A stretch of 64,000 nucleotides of DNA from an uncultured Gammaproteobacteria bacterium (GTDB lineage Bacteria; Patescibacteriota; Microgenomatia; UBA8517): NCBI GenBank assembly GCA_964427735.1, contig CAYRUS010000001.1, positions 98,173-162,172 of the forward strand, in the 5' to 3' direction. Below the pieces are notes generated by a model. That model saw only the letters and a program-made list of their open reading frames with translations. It was not told the DNA's origin and made no database searches. Shown here one piece after another: positions 20,724-30,963 of the stretch. The position numbers and the translations under genes are program-made. Each line of letters opens with the position of its first letter. Positions within the stretch are counted from its first letter, which is position 1.

Positions 20724-21722
20724 TTATATATTTAATTTATAAAAATCAACGAGTTTTTCTTTTGAAATTTTACCTCTATATTCGGGAAAATTGTTTAAAT
20801 CTGCCAGAGAAATCTTGCCCACTAACAACCTCAACTTCTCATCATCACTTAGGCTTTTTATTTTTTGTTGATGATAAAAATACATACTTGGTTTCATAAT
20901 ATCCCCAGGCTTTGATGTGTCAATAAATCCAAATTTATGGCGGATAGCTCTTTGCCAAGCTAGTTCTTCATTGAACCCAATATCAACTAAATAGTTAAAC
21001 ATTTCCCTAAAAGAAAACTTCACACCTACCTCTGTTACCGCATATTCTGCTGCGTGCTGGAAAAGAGATGCTTCACCGAACTTTCCCGTATAGTCTTGAA
21101 AATAGGTGGCTAATCCTTCCTCAGTAGGAAGATACTCATTGCTTTTTTCTATATTGTTATGTGCTCCATTTTCAAACCTTATTATATGCAATAGCTCGTG
21201 CCTTACCTCACCATCAACAGAAAAATAAGTAAGTTCTGCATATTTACTAACATGAATTAACTTGTCCGCGTATTTAGGTCTAAAGAAAAACCCATGTTCA
21301 TCGATTAGTTTTACATTGTATTTTAGATCTAGTTGCTTAAAAGCATTTTCAAATTGAGATTTGATTTCCACCCAGGTTGCTTTAGTAGGTAAGACAGGCT
21401 TTGATTCCAAAATTGATTTGGAGTATTTTAACAATTCCTCCTCTAGTCTAGTGTCAAACACTTTAGAGGCTGCGTTTATTATTTGGCTGTTATTTTGATT
21501 TAAAATTGCCTCAACAAGATTGCTATATTTACTTTCCTCAAAGTAATTCTTACAAATGTCTTTATTTTTGTTCCACAGGTAATCGAAAACAGGATTATAA
21601 GTTTTTGATTTAAAAAACTTTACCTTTTCTTCATTAATATTTATAGGTGTAAGAACATTAAGTAAATTCATTTTATTTGAAGTATAACACTTGGAATTAT
21701 GGATAAATGCAAATATTGACAA
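20724..21722 (-). CDS. putative HExxH metallopeptidase-like protein with a QEGLA-like motif (DUF1704-like)
   Basis: RHELLHII is an HExxH motif and PTEEGLATYFQ is a QEGLA-like motif. The track start is a TTG; an alternative ATG is at 21671. Confidence 0.4.
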   Translation of the reverse strand: MSIFAFIHNSKCYTSNKMNLLNVLTPININEEKVKFFKSKTYNPVFDYLWNKNKDICKNYFEESKYSNLVEAILNQNNSQIINAASKVFDTRLEEELLKYSKSILESKPVLPTKATWVEIKSQFENAFKQLDLKYNVKLIDEHGFFFRPKYADKLIHVSKYAELTYFSVDGEVRHELLHIIRFENGAHNNIEKSNEYLPTEEGLATYFQDYTGKFGEASLFQHAAEYAVTEVGVKFSFREMFNYLVDIGFNEELAWQRAIRHKFGFIDTSKPGDIMKPSMYFYHQQKIKSLSDDEKLRLLVGKISLADLNNFPEYRGKISKEKLVDFYKLNI

Positions 21723-21750
21723 ACTTTAGCAAAAAGTGCGATCATGAGAT

Positions 21751-22347
21751 ATGAGGAATAAACTGCCTGTAGCATTAATATTATTAGTGATACTTTTTAG
21801 CATAATTCTTGTTTATATCGTTAAAAATAATCCAGAGGGACTGCCTCTAAGCAATAATTCAAAAGCCACATTGGATAGGCAAACTGTGAAAGTCAGCACT
21901 CAAGCTTCAGCGGATTCAAGCATAGAACAGGCATACGAAATTTCTTACACTCCAAGTTCCAATCGCACAGCACATACTGTCCTTTCTGAACCGGCAACAA
22001 GGCTTTTAATATCTGATGAATCGTTTGAACTAACAATTGGATTTCCTGTAGACGGTGGTGCAACTCCACTTGAATTTGTACCTGATTCACAACAAATTGA
22101 AAGTTCTAATCTTGGAACTCTGCATAGAATCACGATGGAAGAAGGATATATCTATACAAGCAATATTCCAAGCCCATGTAGCGAAAGTTCAGATGACTAT
22201 CCTGTCTGCTTGATGAATCTTATTGAGTTGGATGATTCAGAAAGCATAGATCCTCATTCTATAACAGCTTATTGCACGACAACTTCACCAGAAAATGTAG
22301 CTAAATGTGACAATGTTATCTCTTCTCTGGAAGTCAAACAAATTTAA
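21751..22347 (+). CDS. membrane-anchored/secreted hypothetical protein (198 aa, 4 Cys)
   Basis: It has an N-terminal TM/signal helix (LPVALILLVILFSIILVYIV). Confidence 0.45.
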   Translation: MRNKLPVALILLVILFSIILVYIVKNNPEGLPLSNNSKATLDRQTVKVSTQASADSSIEQAYEISYTPSSNRTAHTVLSEPATRLLISDESFELTIGFPVDGGATPLEFVPDSQQIESSNLGTLHRITMEEGYIYTSNIPSPCSESSDDYPVCLMNLIELDDSESIDPHSITAYCTTTSPENVAKCDNVISSLEVKQI

Positions 22348-22598
22348 ATTCGACCCTCAACCTTTATCGCATAATCCTATATTTTATCTTAGTGAAGTGT
22401 GTGAAAATTTCTAGATATAAAACTTAGCCTCAATTGAACACATTTATTGTTCAATATTTCAGTATTGTGAATACCATGAAAACAGACTTACTTGTGCTGT
22501 GTCCGATATAGTTTTTTGAAAAACTTATCTTTTTAACCTACAAGAAAAATTATTGTTTATTTTTATAAGTAGTGTTTAAAAGATTTTTATTTTACCTA

Positions 22599-22626
22599 TT
22601 GACAAAAAAATTATAGTGATATAAAT
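22599..22626 (+). promoter_or_regulatory. sigma70-like promoter candidate for the LysM gene
   Basis: TTGACA lies at 22599-22604. TATAAA/ATAAAT lies at 22620-22626, 15-16 bp after it. This is about 55 nt upstream of the ATG. Confidence 0.25.
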
Positions 22627-22679
22627 TTGCGACAACTGCTTATCTGCTCCACATTACCTGACCCAATAAAAATATTTAA

Positions 22680-23357
22680 ATGCCAGATTTAAAAGAGACA
22701 TTAAAAAGAATAAAACTAAATGAATCAACAGTAAGTATGATCATTGGAGTTATTGTAATTCTTGTAGTCGGAGTACTTGTATCACGGTATTTTGCAGGTC
22801 TAGACACAGGAACGACGCTTCCTCCCACAAACATAGAAGAACAAAGCCAACAAAAAACAAGAATCGTTGAAGAAGGAGAAACCTTATGGGAAATTGCAGA
22901 AGATGAATTCGGATCAGGATATAACTGGGTTGACATTGCTGAAGAAAATAATCTTACAAGCCCTGGTGACATTGCAGCAGGACAAGAGTTAATCATACCT
23001 AGTGTTGAACCAAAATTAGCCACAGTTGAAAATATGGATCAAGAGCCTACTATTGCACCAACTGAAGAGCCAACAACTACTCCTACAATAGAACCTCAAG
23101 CGACTGATGCACCTGTAGAAACAGCAACCCCAATGCCGGTAGAAGATAAACTCGCTGGAGGCTCAACCACAGGAAACGTAGAAGGTTTAGCTCACACTTC
23201 ATCTGGAGAATATACGGTTGTGCGAGGAGACAATTTATGGAAAATTGCTGAGAGTGTATACGGTGATGGTAATAGATGGACAGATATCGCAGAGGAGAAT
23301 AACTTGGCAAACCCACAAACTATTCACGCAGGAAACATCTTAGTGTTACCTGAATAA
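22680..23357 (+). CDS. membrane-anchored protein with two LysM peptidoglycan-binding domains
   Basis: It has an N-terminal TM helix. The two LysM repeats are GETLWEIAEDEFGSGYNWVDIAEENNL...ELIIP and GDNLWKIAESVYGDGNRWTDIAEENNL...NILVLP. A Pro/Thr-rich linker lies between them. Confidence 0.8.
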   Translation: MPDLKETLKRIKLNESTVSMIIGVIVILVVGVLVSRYFAGLDTGTTLPPTNIEEQSQQKTRIVEEGETLWEIAEDEFGSGYNWVDIAEENNLTSPGDIAAGQELIIPSVEPKLATVENMDQEPTIAPTEEPTTTPTIEPQATDAPVETATPMPVEDKLAGGSTTGNVEGLAHTSSGEYTVVRGDNLWKIAESVYGDGNRWTDIAEENNLANPQTIHAGNILVLPE

Positions 23358-23428
23358 TGAAAAAGCTTCATAGGAATACAATTATTCTGTATAATTAGAT
23401 AACTTAAAACTCTATATTTTTCTATCTT

Positions 23429-23500
23429 GCGGTGGTAGTTCAGTGGTAGAATGTCTCCTTCCCAAGGAGAAGGTCGAGGGTTCGAATCCCTTCCACCGCT
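23429..23500 (+). tRNA. tRNA-Gly (CCC)
   Basis: The acceptor is GCGGTGG/CCACCGC and the anticodon stem is TCTCC/GGAGA. The anticodon loop is TTCCCAA and the T-loop is TTCGAAT. Confidence 0.85.
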
Positions 23501-23514
23501 CCTAAGAGAATATT

Positions 23515-24222
23515 ATGCAAGCAAAACTAATTAAAGTCGTAGAAGAATCTTTCAAAACAAAAACATTCATTTTTGAACCAGAAAAAAAAGTCACATTCCT
23601 TCCCGGTCAATACTTTTATTTTACTCTACCTGAGCTGATTGCCGAGGATCCACGCGGACAAACTAGACATTTTACTTTATCTAACTCACCAACCGAAGGG
23701 TCCTACATACAGTTCACTACAAGAATTAGTGAATCAGGATACAAACAAACATTAGATAAATATAAAATTGGGCAACTAGTGGAAACTACCGGACCAAACG
23801 GAACATTTATTTTGGATGAAAAAGAGGTAGACACTCATCTTTTCTTGGCAGGTGGAATTGGAATAACTCCATTTCGATCATTCATTAAATATGGATTAGA
23901 CAAAAAACTCCATAAATACTATCACCTTATTTATTCAGACAGCAACATTGATAACATGGCTTTTTATGATGAACTTAAAGACCTCTCAACTGCTAAAAAT
24001 TTTGACTTCGACATCACACTTACTAAACCCGATAATATTTGGAGGGGTAATACGGGTAGAATATCAAAGGAACTGATAGTAATACTCACTAGAGATAAAA
24101 CTGATATTAAAAACTGTGTTACTTGGTTATGTGGTCCACCTGCGTTTGTGAATGCAATGGAAGATATTTCAATGGATTTAGGTATAAAAGACATCAGAGT
24201 AGAAAAGTTTACTGGATATTAG
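23515..24222 (+). CDS. FNR-like FAD/NAD(P)-binding oxidoreductase (ferredoxin-reductase-type FAD-binding domain)
   Basis: RHFTLSNSP matches the RxYS FAD-binding motif. LFLAGGIGITPFRSF matches the NAD-binding GGxGxxP motif. The protein is 235 aa. Confidence 0.7.
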   Translation: MQAKLIKVVEESFKTKTFIFEPEKKVTFLPGQYFYFTLPELIAEDPRGQTRHFTLSNSPTEGSYIQFTTRISESGYKQTLDKYKIGQLVETTGPNGTFILDEKEVDTHLFLAGGIGITPFRSFIKYGLDKKLHKYYHLIYSDSNIDNMAFYDELKDLSTAKNFDFDITLTKPDNIWRGNTGRISKELIVILTRDKTDIKNCVTWLCGPPAFVNAMEDISMDLGIKDIRVEKFTGY

Positions 24223-24288
24223 ACATTTATTCTGCTGGTGATATAATTTAGCCTATTAATAGTTACCAGTTAGGCTTAACCATAAATT

Positions 24289-24361
24289 GCCTACGTAGCT
24301 CAGTTGGTAGAGCAACGGTATCGTAAACCGTGGGTCGTCAGTTCGAATCTGACCGTAGGCT
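24289..24361 (+). tRNA. tRNA-Thr (CGT)
   Basis: The acceptor is GCCTACG/CGTAGGC and the anticodon stem is ACGGT/ACCGT. The anticodon loop is ATCGTAA and the T-loop is TTCGAAT. Confidence 0.85.
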
Positions 24362-24401
24362 CAAAGTATAAATAATATGAGTTTTTGATAATAAATAAAG
24401 T

Positions 24402-25115
24402 ATGCCAAGATACTCAAGAAGAGCGACAGTGGAAGAGAAGAGAAACAGAAGAAGTGCATTTTTATATATACTTCTTAGCATATTAGCTGTTTTAGTCTTA
24501 TTTTTCTTTGGAATTACAGCAATTGCGAAATTTGCAGGCTTTATATCCGATTTAAAACAAAGTAGCGAACCAATAGGTGCAGAAGACACAACACCTCCTG
24601 CTCCCCCGCGATTTACAAATATACCCGAATATACCAATGAATCAGAAATAAGCATAGAGGGGAATGCAGAACCAGGATCTACATTAGTGCTTGAGGTTAA
24701 TAATCAAAAAAAGGAGCAACTAGTAGGAAACGATGGTAGGTTTTCCTTAACTGCAGAACTAACTGGTGGAGAGAATACACTAAATGCCAAAGCAATTGAC
24801 AACGCAGGAAACGAAAGCCAATCGACTGAAACTTTTAGAATAGTTGTTGACAAAAACCCACCTGATTTAACAATTACCTCACCACAGGACAAAAGCAGTT
24901 ATTACGGATCAAGAGAAAGGCAGCTAGTAATCGAAGGAGAAACAGAAGGTGACGCAAATATAACTATAAATGACAGAATTGTAGTTGTAAATTCAGAAGG
25001 TCATTTTACATACGCAATTTCTTTACAAGAAGGAGAAAATATTTTTACTGTTATTGCCAAAGATAAAGCAGGAAATGAAACAAAACAAGAATTTACTGTG
25101 AATTTTTATCCTTAA
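24402..25115 (+). CDS. membrane-anchored protein with two bacterial Ig-like (Big) repeats
   Basis: It has an N-terminal TM helix. Two repeats are similar: ...GENTLNAKAIDNAGNES and ...GENIFTVIAKDKAGNET. Confidence 0.5.
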   Translation: MPRYSRRATVEEKRNRRSAFLYILLSILAVLVLFFFGITAIAKFAGFISDLKQSSEPIGAEDTTPPAPPRFTNIPEYTNESEISIEGNAEPGSTLVLEVNNQKKEQLVGNDGRFSLTAELTGGENTLNAKAIDNAGNESQSTETFRIVVDKNPPDLTITSPQDKSSYYGSRERQLVIEGETEGDANITINDRIVVVNSEGHFTYAISLQEGENIFTVIAKDKAGNETKQEFTVNFYP

Positions 25116-26259
25116 TACCAAATCCTAGTACTATTGCTAAAATACCCATTACAAAAGCATAAAACATAGAATTAACAAAAAAGCTATGAACAAAGACAGA
25201 TAGCAAAATTGATTTTACGCTTAAATCTCTTTTTGAAGTTTTAGTCCACACAAAATACATAAAAGATAAAAATATGATTAATCCAATTACACCGGTCGTA
25301 GCCAAAATTAATAATAAACTTGAATCAGCGCCATAGCAGGCATGAGAATCTGGGCTAGTTAAGCTACTTAACTCTCGAACAGTACAAATATTATTGTAAC
25401 CAACTCCAAAAAGCGGTGAACTTTTCCATATCTGAAGTGTCTCTGTATAATTTTCTAGTCTTGCATAAATACTAAATTCTCTTTCAAGTTTTACTCCTTC
25501 CCCACCTCTTCTAGGTAATAAAATAACAACTAAAGGTAAAAAAAGTAAAACAAGAAGATACTTGCGATATTTTTTAGTATTGAACAAAAAGTAAATAATT
25601 CCAACTAAAAATGCTACATAGCTTGCTCTTGAGTAGGTAAAAAGCAAAGTGATAAAAAGAAATAACGAAATAAAAGCATATTGTTTGCTGCCAATTTCCA
25701 AAAATTTTCTTATCCCTAAAAAAACACCCACAACCAGAATTATCCCCATAAACCCAGGATCAAAAAAGCTTCCAGTAAGTCGATACAAGTGATCATCCCA
25801 ACCTAGATTTTTAAGTATTGTTAAATCCGGAATAAATATATATTGATACCAGCCAATAGTTGCAGCAATCACAATAGATAAAAGCAAATAATCAAAAGTT
25901 TGTTCCTTATTTTTATCTGAATTAACTCCAGTAATAAGTACAAAAAACGAAAAGTAAGCAAATAGCCTAATTAAATAAAGAATCCCAATAAAACTAATTT
26001 CTATGCCTGAATTAAAGTAATTTATTAAATTTATTAAAAATGAAAACAAAGCATAACCAATAAAGAAATAAAAAATTTTAAACTTGTTGAAGCTTTGTCT
26101 GAAATTTACATAAAAAATACATAAAAATACAATTAGATCACTAATTAATATTGACCTAAAATTAGGAAAGTTTAGCTTTGCAATTTGTCCCAAGGGCAAA
26201 AAAGAGAGGAATAATAAAACAAGTATAGAAGCTATCTGTTGTTTTTTTGTATCAACCAT
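25093..26259 (-). CDS. O-antigen ligase/polymerase-like (Wzy_C domain) membrane protein
   Basis: The protein is polytopic and 388 aa. It carries the Wzy_C-type motif FTYSRASYVAFLVGIIYF. The ATG is at 26257-26259. Confidence 0.65.
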   Translation of the reverse strand: MVDTKKQQIASILVLLFLSFLPLGQIAKLNFPNFRSILISDLIVFLCIFYVNFRQSFNKFKIFYFFIGYALFSFLINLINYFNSGIEISFIGILYLIRLFAYFSFFVLITGVNSDKNKEQTFDYLLLSIVIAATIGWYQYIFIPDLTILKNLGWDDHLYRLTGSFFDPGFMGIILVVGVFLGIRKFLEIGSKQYAFISLFLFITLLFTYSRASYVAFLVGIIYFLFNTKKYRKYLLVLLFLPLVVILLPRRGGEGVKLEREFSIYARLENYTETLQIWKSSPLFGVGYNNICTVRELSSLTSPDSHACYGADSSLLLILATTGVIGLIIFLSFMYFVWTKTSKRDLSVKSILLSVFVHSFFVNSMFYAFVMGILAIVLGFGIKDKNSQ

Positions 26260-26984
26260 AATTTACTCCAAGATAGATATGAGTGAAAACTCATCATCAT
26301 TGCCGCTACAAAACCTACTAACCCATCTAAGATAGTTAGTCTAAATGTTAAGTTATAAATAAGCTTACTGGGAGGATAAATTAATATTTTTAGTAGACTA
26401 GATTTTTTCCCTTCTTCTTTATTGGCTAGTGCATGAAGGGAAGAAAAATAATTAATACTATCTAAAAACCCACTCAAGGAGCTGTGAGGATAGTGAATAA
26501 GTTCTCCTTTTAGTTTTCCTATCCTTCCTGTAACTCTCCATATCTCGTGTACTCTTCTAACCCATTTCCCTTGTGTTCTAAGAGCCAGACGAAGAATTTT
26601 TTTCTTACCAAACTCCCCATATCTCATTTCTTTACCAAACAAAACATCTTTACGAGTCACAAAAAACCCTTCCTTTTGTGTAAATGGGTCGCTAGTTTTT
26701 TGTATAATTTCTTTTTTTAAACTATCGGAAACCACTTCATCTGCATCCACAAATAATACCCATTTACCTTTTGCTTTTTCCAAACCATAGTTTCTTTGCG
26801 AAGCAAAATCATCTGCTAAACTACGCTTATAAATCTTTGCTCCGTATTTTTTTGCAATCAAAACTGTATTATCTGCAGAGTTATCATCTACAATAATTAT
26901 CTCGTCAGCAAATTTAACACTCTCGAGTGTATCTGAAATGCTTTTTTCTTCGTCTTTCGTGAGAATAACAACTGTTAAATTCAT
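26232..26984 (-). CDS. family-2 glycosyltransferase
   Basis: The N-terminus VVILTKDEEKSISDTLESV...IIIVDDNSADNT and the DxD in VLFVDADEV are GT2 features. Confidence 0.8.
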   Translation of the reverse strand: MNLTVVILTKDEEKSISDTLESVKFADEIIIVDDNSADNTVLIAKKYGAKIYKRSLADDFASQRNYGLEKAKGKWVLFVDADEVVSDSLKKEIIQKTSDPFTQKEGFFVTRKDVLFGKEMRYGEFGKKKILRLALRTQGKWVRRVHEIWRVTGRIGKLKGELIHYPHSSLSGFLDSINYFSSLHALANKEEGKKSSLLKILIYPPSKLIYNLTFRLTILDGLVGFVAAMMMSFHSYLSWSKLWLIQKNNR

Positions 26985-26993
26985 AATATAAAA

Positions 26994-28238
26994 TTAAGAA
27001 TATTTAAATAATTTTCTAACAAAATAAACACTTACCGGTATAGAAAATATAACAGCCAATGTAGTTGCATACGCTGCTCCAATAATCCCATATTCAGAAA
27101 CCAAAGGAATTATAATTAAACTCATTGCAACAAGTTGAATGATATTAATTTTCACTAATATATCTTGTCGTTCGATTGATAGAAACAAGCTATTTGGGAT
27201 TGCACTAATTGCACTTACTATACCAAATATAGATAGTACCTTCAGAACTCCTGTTGCTTCGAGCCACTGATTCCCCAAAAGGATTAAAATTAATTGCTCG
27301 GGGAAAAGATACATTATCAATCCTGCAGGAATTATTATCAGTATTAGTACTAGAGATAGTTTTAAAAAGTAATTTTTTAGTTTTTCTTTATCATCTTTTA
27401 TCTTTGAAAAGATTGGAAATGCTACTTTCCCTGCTATTTCCATAATCTCTATTAAGATCAGTGTTGATATCTTGTATGCATTCTGATACAAACCTAGTGC
27501 ATTGGCAGAAAGTAATCTACCTACAACCATATCGTCACCTTGTTTTATAAGATAATGCACTATTCCTGCAGCAGTAATCCACTTTCCTACTTTAGTTATT
27601 TCTTTTGCTTGGTTTAAATCAAAAGCTATTGTTGGATTTGGTCTCACAAACAGATGAGAAATAATCACTTCAAAGAAAACACCAAAAATAATAGCCAAAA
27701 TGAGTGCATCAGCAGTTCTCAAGATTGCGGTGAGTATTACAGCCAAAGCAGATTCTACAAAAAAAGTTACCAAGTAAAATGTAAATTCTTTATTGAATTC
27801 TAAATTTTTTCTAAACCTTATTATTGAAGGATTTATAAAACCTCGAAGTATTGGCACTAAGCTTATTAACATTAACAATCTTTGAGTTTCACTTGAGTTA
27901 AAAAAGGAAGCTATAAATGGCGAACTTATATATAAGATAAAACCTATTAAAAAACCTCTAATAATCGAAATTACCCAAGCAGTATTAAGATACTTTTGTA
28001 AGCTTTCCTTTGTTTGGATTAGAAAAACGTTCACACCTGTCTCTGTAAAAACTTCTAAAAGTGCTAAAACCAAGGTAGCTATGGCAAATATACCAAATTG
28101 ATGAGGGGTTAGAAGTCTAGCTAGAATAGCCACTTTTAAATAGCCCACTAGCCTTTGGGACAGTCGCAATAATGATATCCATTTAATTCCTGAAAAAATT
28201 TCTTGCCTTACCTTCATTATTTGTTTAATTATATACAA
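26994..28238 (-). CDS. Wzx-like polysaccharide flippase (MOP superfamily)
   Basis: The protein is 414 aa, with about 12 TM helices and the polysaccharide-biosynthesis-protein architecture. It sits in the glycosyltransferase cluster. Confidence 0.65.
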   Translation of the reverse strand: MYIIKQIMKVRQEIFSGIKWISLLRLSQRLVGYLKVAILARLLTPHQFGIFAIATLVLALLEVFTETGVNVFLIQTKESLQKYLNTAWVISIIRGFLIGFILYISSPFIASFFNSSETQRLLMLISLVPILRGFINPSIIRFRKNLEFNKEFTFYLVTFFVESALAVILTAILRTADALILAIIFGVFFEVIISHLFVRPNPTIAFDLNQAKEITKVGKWITAAGIVHYLIKQGDDMVVGRLLSANALGLYQNAYKISTLILIEIMEIAGKVAFPIFSKIKDDKEKLKNYFLKLSLVLILIIIPAGLIMYLFPEQLILILLGNQWLEATGVLKVLSIFGIVSAISAIPNSLFLSIERQDILVKINIIQLVAMSLIIIPLVSEYGIIGAAYATTLAVIFSIPVSVYFVRKLFKYS

Positions 28239-28255
28239 ATATCCTTATAACTGCT

Positions 28256-29182
28256 CTATTTAGCTTTGATCCCTACTAAGAAGCCAGTCATTACAGCAAT
28301 ATCACTCAGAATTTGTAGTACCGGTCCCCAAACTCCTGCGGCAGTACTTTTATGTATTATGTAAACTTTCCAAAATGCCCAAAAAATATAAGTTAAAATA
28401 ATAAACACTCCGATAGGGGGTAGAGCAAAAATTAAATAGAAAAATAGTAAATATCTCAAAAAAATGCTAAGTACTTTTATGTTATGTGACGATAAACCTT
28501 TACTTTTGTTATAAAACAACCTTGTTTCGGCATCCCCTTTTGCATATGAGTACATTTTATATACAAATTCATTTATCTTGTGGGGCATTTTCCAGATAAC
28601 TACAGCATCTTTTACCCGAGTAATATTTTTGTTCATTTGTGTAAGTTTATAGACAAACATAGTGTCTTCTGCTGTATCAGAAAGATCTTCTGGGAATCCT
28701 CCCACCTCAGCCCAAATTTTACTTTTGAAGGCAATTGAGCGAGCAGATGGCAAATATTTAGCATTAAATTTTAAAGCTGGAACACCAAGAAAAACACTGC
28801 ATGCTTTTTGAAAGGAGGTTTCAACCAACATCTCATAAAATCCTGCCACTACCTCTGTGTTTTTGTTTGCAAAAGGTAGGGTAATTTTTTCCAACCAATC
28901 TATTTTTGGAACGCAACCTGCATCTGTAACTGCAATTATTTCATTTTGTGCATTTTTTATGGCAATATTTCTTCCTTCTGCTCTGGAGCTTTTTTGTACT
29001 ATTAGTTTTATTAATTTGTTTTTTAATTGGAATTCTTTAACTATTTTAGCTGTATCGTCTGAAGATTCAGAATCGACAATGATAATCTCATCTGGTTTTT
29101 TTGATTGATTAAGAAGTGAGTTTAACAATAACGCTATGCTATTTTCTTCATTATATACAGTAGTACATACTGAGGATTTCAT
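28256..29182 (-). CDS. family-2 glycosyltransferase with C-terminal TM helices
   Basis: The N-terminal region MKSSVCTTVYNEENSI...IIIVDSESSDDT and the AVTDAGCVP segment are GT2 features. Hydrophobic helices lie at the C-terminus. Confidence 0.75.
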   Translation of the reverse strand: MKSSVCTTVYNEENSIALLLNSLLNQSKKPDEIIIVDSESSDDTAKIVKEFQLKNKLIKLIVQKSSRAEGRNIAIKNAQNEIIAVTDAGCVPKIDWLEKITLPFANKNTEVVAGFYEMLVETSFQKACSVFLGVPALKFNAKYLPSARSIAFKSKIWAEVGGFPEDLSDTAEDTMFVYKLTQMNKNITRVKDAVVIWKMPHKINEFVYKMYSYAKGDAETRLFYNKSKGLSSHNIKVLSIFLRYLLFFYLIFALPPIGVFIILTYIFWAFWKVYIIHKSTAAGVWGPVLQILSDIAVMTGFLVGIKAK

Positions 29183-29970
29183 AAACTGCTAATTGTATCA
29201 AATAAATCAGTAGAAGGAGTTATGTTACTTATAAATACTTGTGCTTTAAAACTACATGGACACTCAAGTTCAATACCTGTATTACCTTCTTTTAATTTTC
29301 CGCCTTTTTCATGAAAGATATTTATAACTCTAAATTTACCATCTTCGTATTTAAGATTCCCATGAATGCCTCCTATTGGACTGTCTGCCGAAATTGCTGA
29401 CACTTCATATTCTTCATCAAGAGCGAATTTATAAGTCCAATTTCTCTTAGAAAACTCTTTCTGATAATAGGAAGTAAGAGATTTAATGACACCTGTAACT
29501 TCTTGATTTGTGTTATAAACACTCTCTGTTTCATAAGCTATACCATCCAGCATTATTTCTCCTGATCTAGTCTCTTCTGATAACTTGAGATTGGAGTAAT
29601 AGACTTTGTTTATACCTGTTATATTTACATCATTTAAAGCTTCCCATTCAAATTTTTTGGGGAGATCAGGAATATCGTCAAGATAAAACTTGTCATTTAC
29701 TGGATTATTTTTTGCTTCACCTGGCTCAAACAACTGGATGTTATTCTCATTTTTGTTTGTGCTTATATTTGTTTTTTCAATTATATGCTTCGCAGGATAA
29801 TATGATATGAATAAAACTAATGGGAATAGAAAGAATACGCCAATTACAGATACTAATTTTTTGGGACTAGATAAAAAAGATTTCATTGTTGAACGTACGT
29901 CTGATTTACTTGACTCATTGGGAGTGCTATTAGCCTCTTCTTTAATAAAATTTTGTTCATTTATTTCCAT
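29179..29970 (-). CDS. membrane-anchored hypothetical protein in the polysaccharide locus
   Basis: It has one N-terminal TM helix (LVSVIGVFFLFPLVLFISYY). I recognise no motifs. Confidence 0.4.
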   Translation of the reverse strand: MEINEQNFIKEEANSTPNESSKSDVRSTMKSFLSSPKKLVSVIGVFFLFPLVLFISYYPAKHIIEKTNISTNKNENNIQLFEPGEAKNNPVNDKFYLDDIPDLPKKFEWEALNDVNITGINKVYYSNLKLSEETRSGEIMLDGIAYETESVYNTNQEVTGVIKSLTSYYQKEFSKRNWTYKFALDEEYEVSAISADSPIGGIHGNLKYEDGKFRVINIFHEKGGKLKEGNTGIELECPCSFKAQVFISNITPSTDLFDTISSL

Positions 29971-29979
29971 CTGTCCTTA

Positions 29980-30963
29980 TTATGACCACAAATCTAAATA
30001 TTCCACAACTAAATTTTGCCAAGTTTGTTTTTTTAACCAATATTTAGCTTCTGCTGGTGTTTGATTTGGATTTCCTTGATTTTGGTATATCAAATCAGAA
30101 ATTTCGTTTGATGAATTTGTAATTTTAATCCAATTCTTAAATGGGGACATTTTTAAATAATCTTTTCTTAATGAGTTATCAAAAGCTGAAATAACCTGAC
30201 AACCATTAGCAAGTGCCTCCAAAATAGTTAAGTAGCCTGATACGTAGCAAATTTTTGATTTACTCAGAAATGGTTGTGGGTCAGTAAAACCGTGAACTTG
30301 TCCGTACATTTCACAAGTTTTTCTAAGCGGTCCATCACCTACAAAATCAGCTTTTATTTTTTTGTTTTGCTCTAGTGCAGCGAGTAATATAGGAAGACCT
30401 GTATCTTTATTTAGTCTGCCAACATAAACAAGGCCTTCTTTTTTTGATTCTTTCTTTTTTGGTATATCTACTGCTCCGAAAATAATTTTGTCGCCGTGAA
30501 CGTCATAGTATTTTTCTATAAATTTACCTACCAAAATTGTTTTGTGAGCCAGTTTGTTCGAGATCTTTTTTAGTATGATGTTTTTAAGTGGTATTGGATA
30601 TTCCCCCTCCCACCCGTGCATGGTTAAATAGATTTTCAATTTAGGTTTTATTAATTTTATTGGGAATAGCCATATCATTACATCATGAACGTGTATAATG
30701 TTACTTTTTTTGAGTAAAGTGATGTTTTTGATCATCCAGTACCAGATTTGAAGAAGTCCGATTATTTTTTTTGAAGGAAATTCAAATCTAATAATTTTTA
30801 TCCCATTTAATGTTTCTGTGGCTTTTAAGTTTTTGTTATATTTGTGTGTAATCACAGTAATTTCATGTCCTTGCAAAAGTAATTCTCCAGCAATCTTTTC
30901 AACATGTTTCTCAACCCCTCCGATAGAGGGATTATATCTTCTTGTTATGAATAAAATCTTCAT
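29980..30963 (-). CDS. GT-B fold glycosyltransferase (family 1/4-like)
   Basis: RRYNPSIGGVEKHV is a GT4-like N-terminus. FVGDGP is in the C-terminal half. Confidence 0.7.
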   Translation of the reverse strand: MKILFITRRYNPSIGGVEKHVEKIAGELLLQGHEITVITHKYNKNLKATETLNGIKIIRFEFPSKKIIGLLQIWYWMIKNITLLKKSNIIHVHDVMIWLFPIKLIKPKLKIYLTMHGWEGEYPIPLKNIILKKISNKLAHKTILVGKFIEKYYDVHGDKIIFGAVDIPKKKESKKEGLVYVGRLNKDTGLPILLAALEQNKKIKADFVGDGPLRKTCEMYGQVHGFTDPQPFLSKSKICYVSGYLTILEALANGCQVISAFDNSLRKDYLKMSPFKNWIKITNSSNEISDLIYQNQGNPNQTPAEAKYWLKKQTWQNLVVEYLDLWS

